This document shows positions 17,636-27,861 of a DNA stretch of 61,902 nt, in pieces; position 1 is the first letter of the stretch, and each line of letters opens with the position of its first letter. This DNA is from Chthoniobacteraceae bacterium. Its GTDB lineage: Bacteria; Verrucomicrobiota; Verrucomicrobiia; Chthoniobacterales; Chthoniobacteraceae. A program made the position numbers and the translations under genes. The notes below the pieces were generated by a model. The model made no database searches and was not told the origin of the DNA. It saw only the letters and a list, made by a program, of their open reading frames with translations. The DNA is taken from contig JANNWY010000161.1 of assembly GCA_031409335.1 (NCBI GenBank), positions 1 to 61,902 of the forward strand. Reading direction: 5' to 3'.

Positions 17636-20600
17636 ATGCTCACATACCCCCGTCTTTCAATCGCCGCCTCGTGTCTTCTATTCGCGTTTCTCCGCGCGAG
17701 TGCCGCGCCGGTGATCAATGAAATCATGTTTCATCCGCTCGGCTCGCCCGCGGAAGATCCCGCGAAAGAGTGGATCGAAATCTACAATCCGAGCACCACG
17801 ACTTCGGTCGATGTCTCGGGCTGGAAGCTGAGCAAAGGGGTTTCGTTCACGATTCCACCAGCCACGATTCTCCCGCCCGCCGGCTACCTCGTGATCGCGG
17901 CAAGTATCGCGGTGTTTGAAGCGGCGAATCCCGGATTTGAGGGCCAGCTCTTGGGTGGGTGGACGGGGCAGCTCGCGGGGAGCGGGGAGCAGATCCAGCT
18001 CGACGATGCGGCGGGGGTGAAGGTGAACGATGTGACTTATGCGGATGAGGGCGATTGGGCGTTGCGCGGGCGCGGGGTGCTGAGTTTTTCGCATCGCGGC
18101 TGGAGCTGGTTTAACGATGCGGATGGGCTGGGGAAGACGCTTGAATTGCGCAATCCGATGTTGGGAAATGGAAGCGGGCAAAACTGGGGCGTGAGCATGG
18201 TGGTCGGCGGGTCGCCGGGCGGGGTGAATTCGGTCGCGACGCTGAATGTCGCGCCGCTCATCAAGGATGTGAAACACCGGCCTGAGATTCCGCGGACGAC
18301 CGATCCGATCGTGGTGTCGTGCAATCTCGAAAACGAAGCGGCGGGCGCGACGGCGACGCTGCGCTGGCGGCTGGATGGCGCGGGCACTTTCAACACGCTC
18401 GCGATGAGCGACACGGATGGCGATGGCGACGTGGAGGCGACGATCCCGGCGCAGCCCGTCAATCTTTCCGTGGTCGAGTGGTATATCTTCGCGACGGATG
18501 GGACGCTCACGCGCACCTGGCCCGCGCCGGCGCGCACGAGCGATCCGGGCGTGCTGCCGGAGACGTTCGGGCAGGTGACGAATGCGCTCCTGCTTGTGGA
18601 CGACAGTTTTTCGCCGACGGCTGAATTTCGCACTGCGGGAAATCAGCCCACGTATCGGTTGATCCTGACTGCGGCGGAGCGCGGTGAACTGGTGCAAATC
18701 GGCACGACGAGCGGGCAGCAGGAAAGCCTCGCGACCTTCAACGCGACCTTCATCTCGCACGACGGCACGGGCGTGAAAGTGGTGCTGAATGCCGGCGTGC
18801 GGAATCGTGGCGGGGGTGACACGGCGCTCGGGCCGCCGAACAATTACAGCGTGAGTTTTCGCAGCGACGATCGCTGGAACGGGCGGGGTGGGATCACGAT
18901 CAACGCGTATTATCCGCATTCGCAGGTGCTCGGAAACACGCTCTTCACCCGCGCGGGCATCGCCACGCAGGAAGCGGCCGTCGTCCGGGTGCGGCTCAAT
19001 GGCGTGGACATGGCCGAGACGGGCGCGCGGATGTACAGCCGTTACGCGCGGCTGGAGGGGCGCAACAGCGAATGGGCCGAGCGCCACTATCCCAATGACT
19101 CGGCGGGCAATTTCTACCGCCTCGATGATCACGCGTATCCGCAAAATGATCCGCGCAGCGGCGAACTCGCCTGGGAAGGTCCGCTCGTCGCGAGCTATAG
19201 CGACACCTTCATCAAGGAGACGAATCAGGACGCGGCGGACTACTCGGACATCATCGAACTCGCGCGCGTCATCAGCGCGCCGGCGACGGGCGGCACGGTC
19301 GAGCAGCCCGCGATCCCTGACAGCGCCTACGTCGCGGCGCTCAGTGCGCGGCTGGACCTCGATCATTTTTTCCGCTTCCTCGCCACCGATGCGCTCATCG
19401 GGAATCAAGAGGGTGGCTTGCAAAGCGGGCGCGCCGACGACGTCTCCATGTATCGCGGCACGATCGACACGCGGTTTCGTTTCGTCCCGCACGACATGGA
19501 TGCGGTTTTCAATCTCGGCACCTTTGCCGGCAATCCGCTCACGCGTTCGCTTTTCAGCTACGTCGGCCAGGCACCGACGAGCGGCGCGACGGGCGTGGAC
19601 GGCTTCGCGCGGCTGTTGAGCCATCCGCAACTCGTGCCGCGCTACTATGCGGCGGTTCTCGATGGATTGGAGACGTGGTTCAATCACGCGACGATCGACC
19701 CGATCATCGATCAGATCATGTTTCCCTGGGTGGCCCCGGCGACGATCACCGCGGTGAAAGGCTACATCGACACGCGGCGCGCGAACGTGCTCACGCAAAT
19801 CCCGCAGGGTGTCTTGGTTCTGGCAAATAATCCGGCGGTTTACACGCTGAACGTGACGACGGGAGCGGCCGCGGTCGGCGGATATCCGACGACGACCGAT
19901 GGCTCGGCGACATTTGGCGGCACATTCAATGTCGCGAAGACATACTCGATCACGGTGAACGGCCAGCTCGCGCAGTGGTTCTACCGGCCGGCCGGTGCGG
20001 ATGCGGCGGGTTCTTGGAAACTCGCGGTCCCGACCGGCGGTGGCAGCGTTTTGAAACGCGGGCTCAATCGTGTCGTCGTGAATTTTTGGGACGGCGTCGG
20101 CGGCACGGGCAATGTCGTGCAATCGCTCACGGCGGACGTTTTCTACAACGTCACGGGCACGTCGGTCACGGGCACGCTCACGGCGGGCTCGATGCGCCTC
20201 ACGGCACCGTCTTCCTACATTCCCGGGAAACCGTTCCTCGCCCGTGTCGAGCTGCTTGATGCCGCGGGAAATCTCGATCGCACGGCATGGGATACGACGG
20301 TCACGCTTTCCTCGAACGTGGCCGGCATCACGCTGCCAAACGTGCAGCTCTACAACGGCCAGGGCAGCGCGCTCATCACCGCGGGCGGCGGCGGCGGACT
20401 GCCGCCGACGATCCTCCTGAGCTACGGCACCCTCGGCAATGGCACGGCGGGCAGCGGCGTCGCAGGTTCGCAGTGGAAATCGAAGAGCGATTTCAACGAC
20501 ACCACGCTCGCCAATTTCATCGCGACCATCGGTAACACTTGGCGCAACGAAGGTTTCAACGACACGGCATGGACGACCGTGTTCACGCAGGCCGGCTACG

Positions 20601-23600
20601 GAAACAACGACGAGAACACGCCGATCCCCGATCTCGACTACCTGCCCGCGTCGCCGGGGACTTCGGAAAATGTGCCGTGCTATCTTTTCCGCACCACCTT
20701 CACGATCGCGGATGTGAACGCGCTCGCGAGCGTGACGGGCAATATCAAATACGACGACGCCTACGCGATTTACGTCAACGGCCAGGACATCCTGCAACGC
20801 AGCGCCGGCCTTCCTGCGGGCCGGGATCTCTCGCTGTATGCGACGGCGCCGAGTGCGGACAATGCGACCGCCGGCGTGACGATCCCGCTCTCCTTTTTAC
20901 ACAACGGCGTGAACACGATCGCGGTCGATGTGCGGCAGGCAAATTCGACGAGCGGCGACGTGACCTTCGATATGCAGCTCCAGGCGAACTACCCGTCCGC
21001 CAATCCAGGCAACTTCACGCTCACCGCGAACGGCGGCGGCTTCAGCGCGCAGAAGGCGATCACCTCGCTGACGGCGACGCCGACGATCACGACGGCGACC
21101 ACGCCGATCGCGGCGAATACGACATGGAGCGGCGTCGTGCGGGTCACGGGAAATGTGACCGTCAACGCGGGAGCCACGCTCACCGTGGCGGCGGGGACGC
21201 ATGTGCTTTTCGATGGAAACGCGACGGCGGGCAGCACGACCGGCACGGGCCTGATCGTGAACGGCGCGCTCGTGACGCAGGGCACGCAGGCGAATCCCGT
21301 GAACATCTCGCCTTTTCTCGCGGGCGATAAGTGGGGGCAAATCTCGTTCGTGAGTGCGCAGCCGAGTGCGCTGAATCACACGTTGCTCCACGGCGCGGGA
21401 CATTCCCCGACCGCCGGACACGCGTCGAAGGGGCCGATGATTCGGATGAGTAATTCGAGCGTCTCGCTGCTCGACACCGTGCTCGCCGACGGCCCGGCGA
21501 AAGCGGTGTACACCGAGAATTTCGGCGTCTCCGCGCTCGTCATCCAGCGTTCGCTCATCGAGCGCATGATCACCGGCCCGGAACTCGAACAGAACTGCTC
21601 GCTGCTCATCGAGGACTCGAACATTCAGCGCATCCTCCCCGACTACCGCGAGAGCAACAGCCTGCCCGCGAACGACGAGGATTGCCTCTACGTTCACAAC
21701 CCGACGAGCCTCTCGGTGATCGTGCGCCGCTCCGTTTTCGCGCGCTGCGGCGACGATGTCTTCGACGGTCTCGGCGGTCCGCTCATCGTGGAAAAGTGCA
21801 TCCTCCGCGAGGGCTGGGACAAGGGCATGTCGCTGCTCAACAACGATCTCACGATCACCGACACGCAGATCATCCGGTGCGATAAGGGCATCGTCCCAAA
21901 ATCAAACTCCGCGACGCCGACGCGCGTCATCACCGTGGATCGCTGCACGATCATTTGCGAAAATCACGACAGCTCGATCGCGCCGTGGGGCTACACCGGC
22001 GGCGTGAGCGGCGGCGACCCGGACACGGTCAGCACCGGCCTTTACACGCAGAATAAATCCGGCCAATCCGACCCCGACGCGACGCTCGCCATCACCGCGA
22101 AAAACACGATCATCCAGGCGCAGGCTCCGGTCCTCATCGACGCACCGTACAGCGCCGCGAACACGGTCGTGACTTACAGCGATCTGATCCTCGATACCGG
22201 CGCGGCCTTCGCGTGGCCCGGCACGGGGAATATCGGAGCCGATCCGCTTTTCGTCGCGGCAGGCAGCGCAGACTTTCATCTCACCGCCGCGTCCCCGGCG
22301 CGCGATACCGGCGAACCCGCACCCGCGACGCCGCTCGATCCCGACGGCTCGCGCGCGGACATGGGCGCGCTACAGTACACTGGCTCCGTGGCGGCGGGCG
22401 GCACGATCACCTGGACGCCTGCGGGCGGGCCGTATCGCGTCACGGGCGACACGACGGTGCCCGTCGGGACCACGCTCGTCATCAATGCGGGGACCAGCGT
22501 GCTCTTTGACCTGAACCGAAAAATGACCGTGAACGGAGTGATCAAAGTGCTCGGCACAGACGGCGCGCGCGTCGTCTTCTCGAATGTCCCCGGCACGACC
22601 GGCACCGATCCCATCACCGGCATCGCGGGCCAGCCCGCAAAGTGGGCGGGCCTCGTCGTGGTCGGCCCGGCCGCGGCGGTCGGCCCGGCGATCACCGGCA
22701 GCGAATTCCGCTACTGCACATTCCTGAATGCGCAGCCCGCCGTCTCCGCTGGAAACACCGGCTCGCTCGGCATCATCCGCGCGTTTGCGCTCGTCGATCA
22801 CTGCATCTTCCTCGGCACGCGCCTGCGTCAGCTTTATGGGGAAAACTGCGCGCTCCAGGTGCAGTACTGCACCTTCGTCGATCCGTTCGATCCCGCGAAC
22901 AACGCCGACAATCCGGTGGCCTACGCGCTCGATAACATTGCCGAGCCGCTGAAGGTCGCGAACGGGAACATCGTCAGTCCGAACTACGTTTTCGGCCTGC
23001 CGGTCGGCGGATACTTCCGCGTCTGGTACAACGAATTCCGCGGCAACAAAGGCCACAACGATGTCTTCGACGCGGACTCGGGCGGCTTCGACACCGGCGT
23101 CGGCGTCGGGGTGAACAGCACGAATCCGATCCTCGATTGCCGCTACAATAATTTCCTCGGTTTCAGCGGAGACGAGCACATCGACCTCGGCGGCGATGCC
23201 TATGTGGCGAGCAACATTTTCCAGCGCGCCCACAAGGACGTGTGGACGAACGATCACGGCTACTCGAACTGCATCAGCTCCGGCGACAAGACCGGCCAGA
23301 CCACGATCTGGGTCGCGCGGAATATCGCGTTCAACGTCGATCACGTCATCAACTGCAAAAACGCGACGGCGACGATTTTCGAGCACAACACGGTCGCGAA
23401 TTTCTATGCCGACTTCTTCTACAGCGGCACAGGTTTCACGCAGGATGTGAAGAATTCGGCCATCAACCAATACGTCCCCGACGACGATTCGCCGTCCCGC
23501 GGTGCCGGTGCCTACGTTTCAAAAAACATCTTTCACAACATCCCGCGCGTCATCACATGGGCCGACCTGCCCGCGACTTCGGCGACGAAGCTGGAGGCTG

Positions 23601-25918
23601 CGAACAACTACCTCTTCAACGTCACGGATAATTCTGTCGGACCGGTGACCGCGCAGTTTGCGGGCGGCACGCTGCATCCCGGCGGCTTCACGGCGCTTGG
23701 CGCATTCGTGCAGCCCGGCGATCCGCAGTTCGTCGATGAGGCGGGGAAAAACTACGCGCTGAAAATGGGTTCGCCCGCGCGCGGCACCGCGCCCGGCGGC
23801 ATCGACTACGGCGCGACGGTCGCCGAGTGGGCGCACATCCTGAATGGGCCAAGCGGCACGACGGATCAGACCAGCGCGAGTTTCACGATCACCGGCCCGG
23901 CGGTCGTCGCTTACAAATGGCGGCTCGACGGCGGCCCGTGGAGCACGATGCAGCAGATCGGCGGCGGACTCATCTTCACGCGCGGAGCAGGCGCCACCCC
24001 GACCGTGCGCGAGGCGACGCTCACTTTCAACGGCCTCGCGCCCGGCCCGCACACGCTCGAAGTCGTGGGCCGCGATCCCGCCGGCAACTGGCAGGACACC
24101 GATCTCGCGCGCATCGGCGCGGGCCTTCCCGCGCTTCCGCCGACCGTGCGCACATGGACCGTGGATACGGTCGCGCCGGTCGTCCGCATCACCGAAGTGC
24201 TCGCGGAAAGCGCGACACTCGCGGACACGATCGAACTGCAAAACCAGGGCAGCGCGACCGTGAACCTCGGCGGCTGGACGCTCACCGACGACCCGCTCGT
24301 TCCCGCGAAATACACCATCCCCGCGAACACGATGCTCGCCGCTGGTGCGTTCATTACCTTCACGAGCACGACTACCGCGATCTCCCTCGATCGCAACGGC
24401 GACGCCGTCTATCTCCGCAACGGCGCGACGCTCGTGGACTCGATCGCTTTCGGAAACCAAATCGCCGACCTCACCATCGGACGAAGCCCCGTCACCGGCG
24501 CGTGGACGCTCTGCACGCCGACGCTCGGCGCGGCGAACCTCACGCGACAACTCGGCGATCCGACCGTCGCGCGCATCAGCGAATGGTTCACCAGCGGCGA
24601 CGTGCTCTACGACGCCGACTGGATCGAGCTGCGCAATGCCAGCGCGCTCCCCGTCGATCTCAGCGGAATGCGGCTCACGGATAATCGCGCGGGCGACCCG
24701 CTCGCGCACACCTTCGCGCCGCTCACGTTCATCCCCGCGAATGGCTACGCGCGCTTCATCGCCGATGGCGCGACCTCGCAAGGCCCGTCGCATCTCGGCT
24801 TCTCGCTCGATGCCGAGCAGGAAAACATCTCGCTCTCCAGCGCCGCGGGCGCGCTGCTCGACACGATCACCTTCTTCCCGCAAACGACCGACTACTCGAT
24901 GGGTCGCGACGCGCTCGGCAACTACGTCTTTTACGAACTGCCGACGCGCGAATTCCTGAACGGCACCGGCGATCCCGCTTACACCAACGCGCTCGCGATC
25001 CTGCGCGGGCTGCGCATCAGCGAGATCATGTTCAACGCGATCGGCGGCTCGGATTTCGACTACATCGAACTCACCAACACCGGCGCGACGCCGCTCGCGC
25101 TCGCGGGTGTTTCGTTCGTTCAAGGTGTCACGTTCACCTTCCCGGCGATGACGCTGAATCCCGGCGAATACGTGATCGTCGTGAAAAATCTGTCGCGCTT
25201 CCGCTCGCGCTACGGCAACGCGCCGGTCGTCGCCGGCACCTTCACCGGCCAGCTCGACAACGGCGGCGAAACCATCGGCCTCCAGCTTCCGCCGCCCTTC
25301 GACGCGAACGCGCTGACTTTCGCCTACAGCGATGCGTGGTACCCGCCGACCGATGGCTTCGGCCCGTCAATCTACGTGCCGAATCCGCTGCTGCGCGCAG
25401 GCGTCTGGGGCGATCGCGGGACGTGGGCAACCAGTCTCGTGAACGGCGGCGACCCCGGCGGCGTGCTCGCGACGCTGCTGACCTACAGCGGCTTCAGCGC
25501 GCGCAATGCCGTGCAGACCGTGCTCGAAGACATCGACCGCGACAGCATCGGCGCGCTGATGGAATTCAGTCTCGGGCAGGACATCACCAATCCGAACGGC
25601 GGCAATGGAGTCGCCGGCCTCCCGCTCCTCAGCCGCGCGGGCGACGGGCGCGCGACGCTCAGTTTCCTAGTGCCTGAAAATGCCGCCGCGGTGCAGAACC
25701 ACGGCTACGCCGACCTGACCTACCGCGTGCAAGCTGCCGACATCCTCGGCACCTGGACGACCATCGCGACGAAGACTTACACGACCGCATGGAGCGCCAG
25801 CGGCACGGTGAATGTCGGCGCAGCGAGCGGCGGCTACGTGCCCGTGACGATCGGCGACCTCGCTCCGCTTGCGGTGCCGCCGCGATGGCTGCGTTTGCAG
25901 ATGAGCTGGACGCCGTAG
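17636..25918 (+). CDS. Giant secreted protein (2760 aa): lamin-tail domains, CotH-like kinase, galactose-binding-like and two right-handed beta-helix modules
   Basis: Signal peptide. LTD motifs PVINEIMF..WIEIYN, VRITEVLA, ARISEWFT and LRISEIMF. CotH-like GVRNRGG...DALIGN...FVPHDMD. YDDAYAIYVNG...GVNTIAV module. ADPLFV...DFHL...SPARD...ADMGA beta-helix cap. Confidence 0.88.
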   Translation: MLTYPRLSIAASCLLFAFLRASAAPVINEIMFHPLGSPAEDPAKEWIEIYNPSTTTSVDVSGWKLSKGVSFTIPPATILPPAGYLVIAASIAVFEAANPGFEGQLLGGWTGQLAGSGEQIQLDDAAGVKVNDVTYADEGDWALRGRGVLSFSHRGWSWFNDADGLGKTLELRNPMLGNGSGQNWGVSMVVGGSPGGVNSVATLNVAPLIKDVKHRPEIPRTTDPIVVSCNLENEAAGATATLRWRLDGAGTFNTLAMSDTDGDGDVEATIPAQPVNLSVVEWYIFATDGTLTRTWPAPARTSDPGVLPETFGQVTNALLLVDDSFSPTAEFRTAGNQPTYRLILTAAERGELVQIGTTSGQQESLATFNATFISHDGTGVKVVLNAGVRNRGGGDTALGPPNNYSVSFRSDDRWNGRGGITINAYYPHSQVLGNTLFTRAGIATQEAAVVRVRLNGVDMAETGARMYSRYARLEGRNSEWAERHYPNDSAGNFYRLDDHAYPQNDPRSGELAWEGPLVASYSDTFIKETNQDAADYSDIIELARVISAPATGGTVEQPAIPDSAYVAALSARLDLDHFFRFLATDALIGNQEGGLQSGRADDVSMYRGTIDTRFRFVPHDMDAVFNLGTFAGNPLTRSLFSYVGQAPTSGATGVDGFARLLSHPQLVPRYYAAVLDGLETWFNHATIDPIIDQIMFPWVAPATITAVKGYIDTRRANVLTQIPQGVLVLANNPAVYTLNVTTGAAAVGGYPTTTDGSATFGGTFNVAKTYSITVNGQLAQWFYRPAGADAAGSWKLAVPTGGGSVLKRGLNRVVVNFWDGVGGTGNVVQSLTADVFYNVTGTSVTGTLTAGSMRLTAPSSYIPGKPFLARVELLDAAGNLDRTAWDTTVTLSSNVAGITLPNVQLYNGQGSALITAGGGGGLPPTILLSYGTLGNGTAGSGVAGSQWKSKSDFNDTTLANFIATIGNTWRNEGFNDTAWTTVFTQAGYGNNDENTPIPDLDYLPASPGTSENVPCYLFRTTFTIADVNALASVTGNIKYDDAYAIYVNGQDILQRSAGLPAGRDLSLYATAPSADNATAGVTIPLSFLHNGVNTIAVDVRQANSTSGDVTFDMQLQANYPSANPGNFTLTANGGGFSAQKAITSLTATPTITTATTPIAANTTWSGVVRVTGNVTVNAGATLTVAAGTHVLFDGNATAGSTTGTGLIVNGALVTQGTQANPVNISPFLAGDKWGQISFVSAQPSALNHTLLHGAGHSPTAGHASKGPMIRMSNSSVSLLDTVLADGPAKAVYTENFGVSALVIQRSLIERMITGPELEQNCSLLIEDSNIQRILPDYRESNSLPANDEDCLYVHNPTSLSVIVRRSVFARCGDDVFDGLGGPLIVEKCILREGWDKGMSLLNNDLTITDTQIIRCDKGIVPKSNSATPTRVITVDRCTIICENHDSSIAPWGYTGGVSGGDPDTVSTGLYTQNKSGQSDPDATLAITAKNTIIQAQAPVLIDAPYSAANTVVTYSDLILDTGAAFAWPGTGNIGADPLFVAAGSADFHLTAASPARDTGEPAPATPLDPDGSRADMGALQYTGSVAAGGTITWTPAGGPYRVTGDTTVPVGTTLVINAGTSVLFDLNRKMTVNGVIKVLGTDGARVVFSNVPGTTGTDPITGIAGQPAKWAGLVVVGPAAAVGPAITGSEFRYCTFLNAQPAVSAGNTGSLGIIRAFALVDHCIFLGTRLRQLYGENCALQVQYCTFVDPFDPANNADNPVAYALDNIAEPLKVANGNIVSPNYVFGLPVGGYFRVWYNEFRGNKGHNDVFDADSGGFDTGVGVGVNSTNPILDCRYNNFLGFSGDEHIDLGGDAYVASNIFQRAHKDVWTNDHGYSNCISSGDKTGQTTIWVARNIAFNVDHVINCKNATATIFEHNTVANFYADFFYSGTGFTQDVKNSAINQYVPDDDSPSRGAGAYVSKNIFHNIPRVITWADLPATSATKLEAANNYLFNVTDNSVGPVTAQFAGGTLHPGGFTALGAFVQPGDPQFVDEAGKNYALKMGSPARGTAPGGIDYGATVAEWAHILNGPSGTTDQTSASFTITGPAVVAYKWRLDGGPWSTMQQIGGGLIFTRGAGATPTVREATLTFNGLAPGPHTLEVVGRDPAGNWQDTDLARIGAGLPALPPTVRTWTVDTVAPVVRITEVLAESATLADTIELQNQGSATVNLGGWTLTDDPLVPAKYTIPANTMLAAGAFITFTSTTTAISLDRNGDAVYLRNGATLVDSIAFGNQIADLTIGRSPVTGAWTLCTPTLGAANLTRQLGDPTVARISEWFTSGDVLYDADWIELRNASALPVDLSGMRLTDNRAGDPLAHTFAPLTFIPANGYARFIADGATSQGPSHLGFSLDAEQENISLSSAAGALLDTITFFPQTTDYSMGRDALGNYVFYELPTREFLNGTGDPAYTNALAILRGLRISEIMFNAIGGSDFDYIELTNTGATPLALAGVSFVQGVTFTFPAMTLNPGEYVIVVKNLSRFRSRYGNAPVVAGTFTGQLDNGGETIGLQLPPPFDANALTFAYSDAWYPPTDGFGPSIYVPNPLLRAGVWGDRGTWATSLVNGGDPGGVLATLLTYSGFSARNAVQTVLEDIDRDSIGALMEFSLGQDITNPNGGNGVAGLPLLSRAGDGRATLSFLVPENAAAVQNHGYADLTYRVQAADILGTWTTIATKTYTTAWSASGTVNVGAASGGYVPVTIGDLAPLAVPPRWLRLQMSWTP

Positions 25919-26035
25919 TAGCGCAGCCGCCCCGGCTGCCGGCGCGTCCCGCGGGTGCCTCGCCCGCAGTGCGGTGGGCAGGACGGCGGGCGGGGGCGCC
26001 CGCTGGACTTTTGGCAGGCGGGGCACCTGCCCTAC
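25918..26035. repeat. Compound GTAG-type REP/REPIN element
   Basis: Left arm gtagcgcagccgccccggctgcc matches the reverse complement of the right arm, gtagggcaggtgccccgcctgcc, at 19/23. Each arm is itself palindromic, and two inner GC hairpins (gcgggtgcctcgcccgc, gcgggcgggggcgcccgc) lie between them. Confidence 0.75.
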
Positions 26036-26080
26036 TTGCGCCTTCCCGCCTTTGCCATTCCTGATTTAGTCCACCATCCC

Positions 26081-27820
26081 ATGAACCGCTACCTCGCCCC
26101 CTTCCTCGGTCTCCTCTTCCCATTCGTCCTCCGCGCGGAGACGGACTATCCACTCACCGACGACTCAAAGCCGCACGACGATGTGCCGAAGGGCGAGCTG
26201 ATCAAATTTCAATTCGACCAGTCGAAGATTTTCCCCGGCACCATCCGCGACGTGACCGTGTATGTGCCGAAGCAGTACGACCCGGCGAAACCGGCGTGCG
26301 TGTATGTGAATCAGGACGGCGTGCAATGGAACGCGCCGACCGTCTTTGACAATTTCATCGCGAAAAGGGAACTGCCCGTGATCGTCGGCGTGTTTGTGAT
26401 GCACGGTCGCGTGAAAGCGGCGGACGGTGAGAAGGCGCTGGATCGCTTCAATCGTTCGCTGGAATACGACGGGCTCGGGCCGGATTATGCGCGCTTTCTG
26501 CTCGATGAATTGCTGCCGGCGGTGGAGCAGAAGACGACCGCCGATGGGCGAAAAATTGTGCTGAGCAAATCGGGGAACGATCGCGCGATCGGCGGCTCCA
26601 GCTCGGGCGCGGTGTGCGCCTTCAATGCGGCTTGGGAGCGGCCCGATGCCTTCTCGCGCGTCTTCTCGACGATCGGCACCTTTGTGAGCCTGCGCGGCGC
26701 GGATCGGCTTCCAGGCTTGATCCGCAAGTATGAGCCGCGCGCGCTCCGCGTCTTTCAGCAGGACGGATCGAATGATCTGAACATCTACGGCGGCGACTGG
26801 TGGGAGGCGAATCAGATGATGGACCGCGCGCTGACTTTCGCGGGCTACGAACACAAATCCGAGTGGGGCGACGGCGGCCACAATGGCAAACACGGCACCG
26901 CACTTTTCCCCGAGGCGATGCGCTTTTTGTGGAAGGACTGGCCCGCGCCAGTGAAGGCGGGCGCGAGCAGGAACAACATGCTGAATGACATCGTGATTCC
27001 CGGCGAAGGCTGGCAGGAAGTGTGGAGCGGCGGGAAATTTACCGAGGGTCCGGCGGCAAATGCGCAGGGCGAGATGTTCTTCAACGACATTCCGAATGCG
27101 AAGACCTACAAGGTCGCGCTCGATGGGAAAGTGACGGAATTCATCGCCGACTCGAAGAAGGCGAACGGGCAGGCGTTCGGGCCGGACGGGCGGATGTTTG
27201 CGGTCGCGGACGGGAAGGTGCTCGCGTACGACGCGGAGGGAAAAGTGAGCACCGTCGCGGAAGGCGTGCAGGGAAATGACCTGACTGTTTTACAAAACGG
27301 CAACATCTACGTGACCGAGCCAGCGCCGGGCGGGAAGCCAAGCAACGTGTGGCTCATCAAGGCAAACGGCGAAAAAGAGATCGTCGATACCGGGCTGAAG
27401 TTTGCGAACGGGATCGTCCCGAGCCCTGATCAGACCTTGCTCTACGTCGATGATGCGCGGAGCCACTGGGTTTACAGCTACCAAATCCAACCCGACGGAA
27501 AGCTCGCGCACAAACAGCGCTACTTCTGGCTCCACGAGCCCGACACGGCGGACGATTCCGGCGCGGACGGGATGGAAGTCGATAGCGCCGGGCGGCTCTA
27601 CGTGGCGACGCGGCTCGGCGTGCAGGTGTGCGATCAGGCGGGGCGCGTGAACGTGATCCTGCCGACGCCGAATGGCAAAGCGAGCAACGTGGCGTTTGGC
27701 GGCGCGGAGATGGACACGCTGTTCGTCACGGCGGGCGACCAGGTTTTCAAAAGGAAAGTGAAGGCGAAGGCTGCGCCGAGTTTCGCCGCGCCGATCAAAC
27801 CGAAAGCGCCGGGTCTTTGA
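26081..27820 (+). CDS. Esterase (alpha/beta hydrolase) fused to SMP-30/gluconolactonase domain, secreted
   Basis: Signal peptide, SKIFPGTIRDVTVYVP, RAIGGSSSGA nucleophile elbow, and C-terminal FTEGP...ANGIVPSPDQ...GADGMEVDSAGRLYVAT. Confidence 0.9.
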   Translation: MNRYLAPFLGLLFPFVLRAETDYPLTDDSKPHDDVPKGELIKFQFDQSKIFPGTIRDVTVYVPKQYDPAKPACVYVNQDGVQWNAPTVFDNFIAKRELPVIVGVFVMHGRVKAADGEKALDRFNRSLEYDGLGPDYARFLLDELLPAVEQKTTADGRKIVLSKSGNDRAIGGSSSGAVCAFNAAWERPDAFSRVFSTIGTFVSLRGADRLPGLIRKYEPRALRVFQQDGSNDLNIYGGDWWEANQMMDRALTFAGYEHKSEWGDGGHNGKHGTALFPEAMRFLWKDWPAPVKAGASRNNMLNDIVIPGEGWQEVWSGGKFTEGPAANAQGEMFFNDIPNAKTYKVALDGKVTEFIADSKKANGQAFGPDGRMFAVADGKVLAYDAEGKVSTVAEGVQGNDLTVLQNGNIYVTEPAPGGKPSNVWLIKANGEKEIVDTGLKFANGIVPSPDQTLLYVDDARSHWVYSYQIQPDGKLAHKQRYFWLHEPDTADDSGADGMEVDSAGRLYVATRLGVQVCDQAGRVNVILPTPNGKASNVAFGGAEMDTLFVTAGDQVFKRKVKAKAAPSFAAPIKPKAPGL

Positions 27821-27861
27821 ACGATGTGGACTTCCCGCATTTACTGAGGAACGGATAACCA

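Noticed and set aside
17678..20797. 1039-aa minus-strand ORF, and similar long antisense ORFs such as 80-1051, 2225-3439, 23519-25123 and 34555-35820
   Set aside because: These are antisense shadows of well-supported genes in high-GC DNA and have no recognisable motifs.
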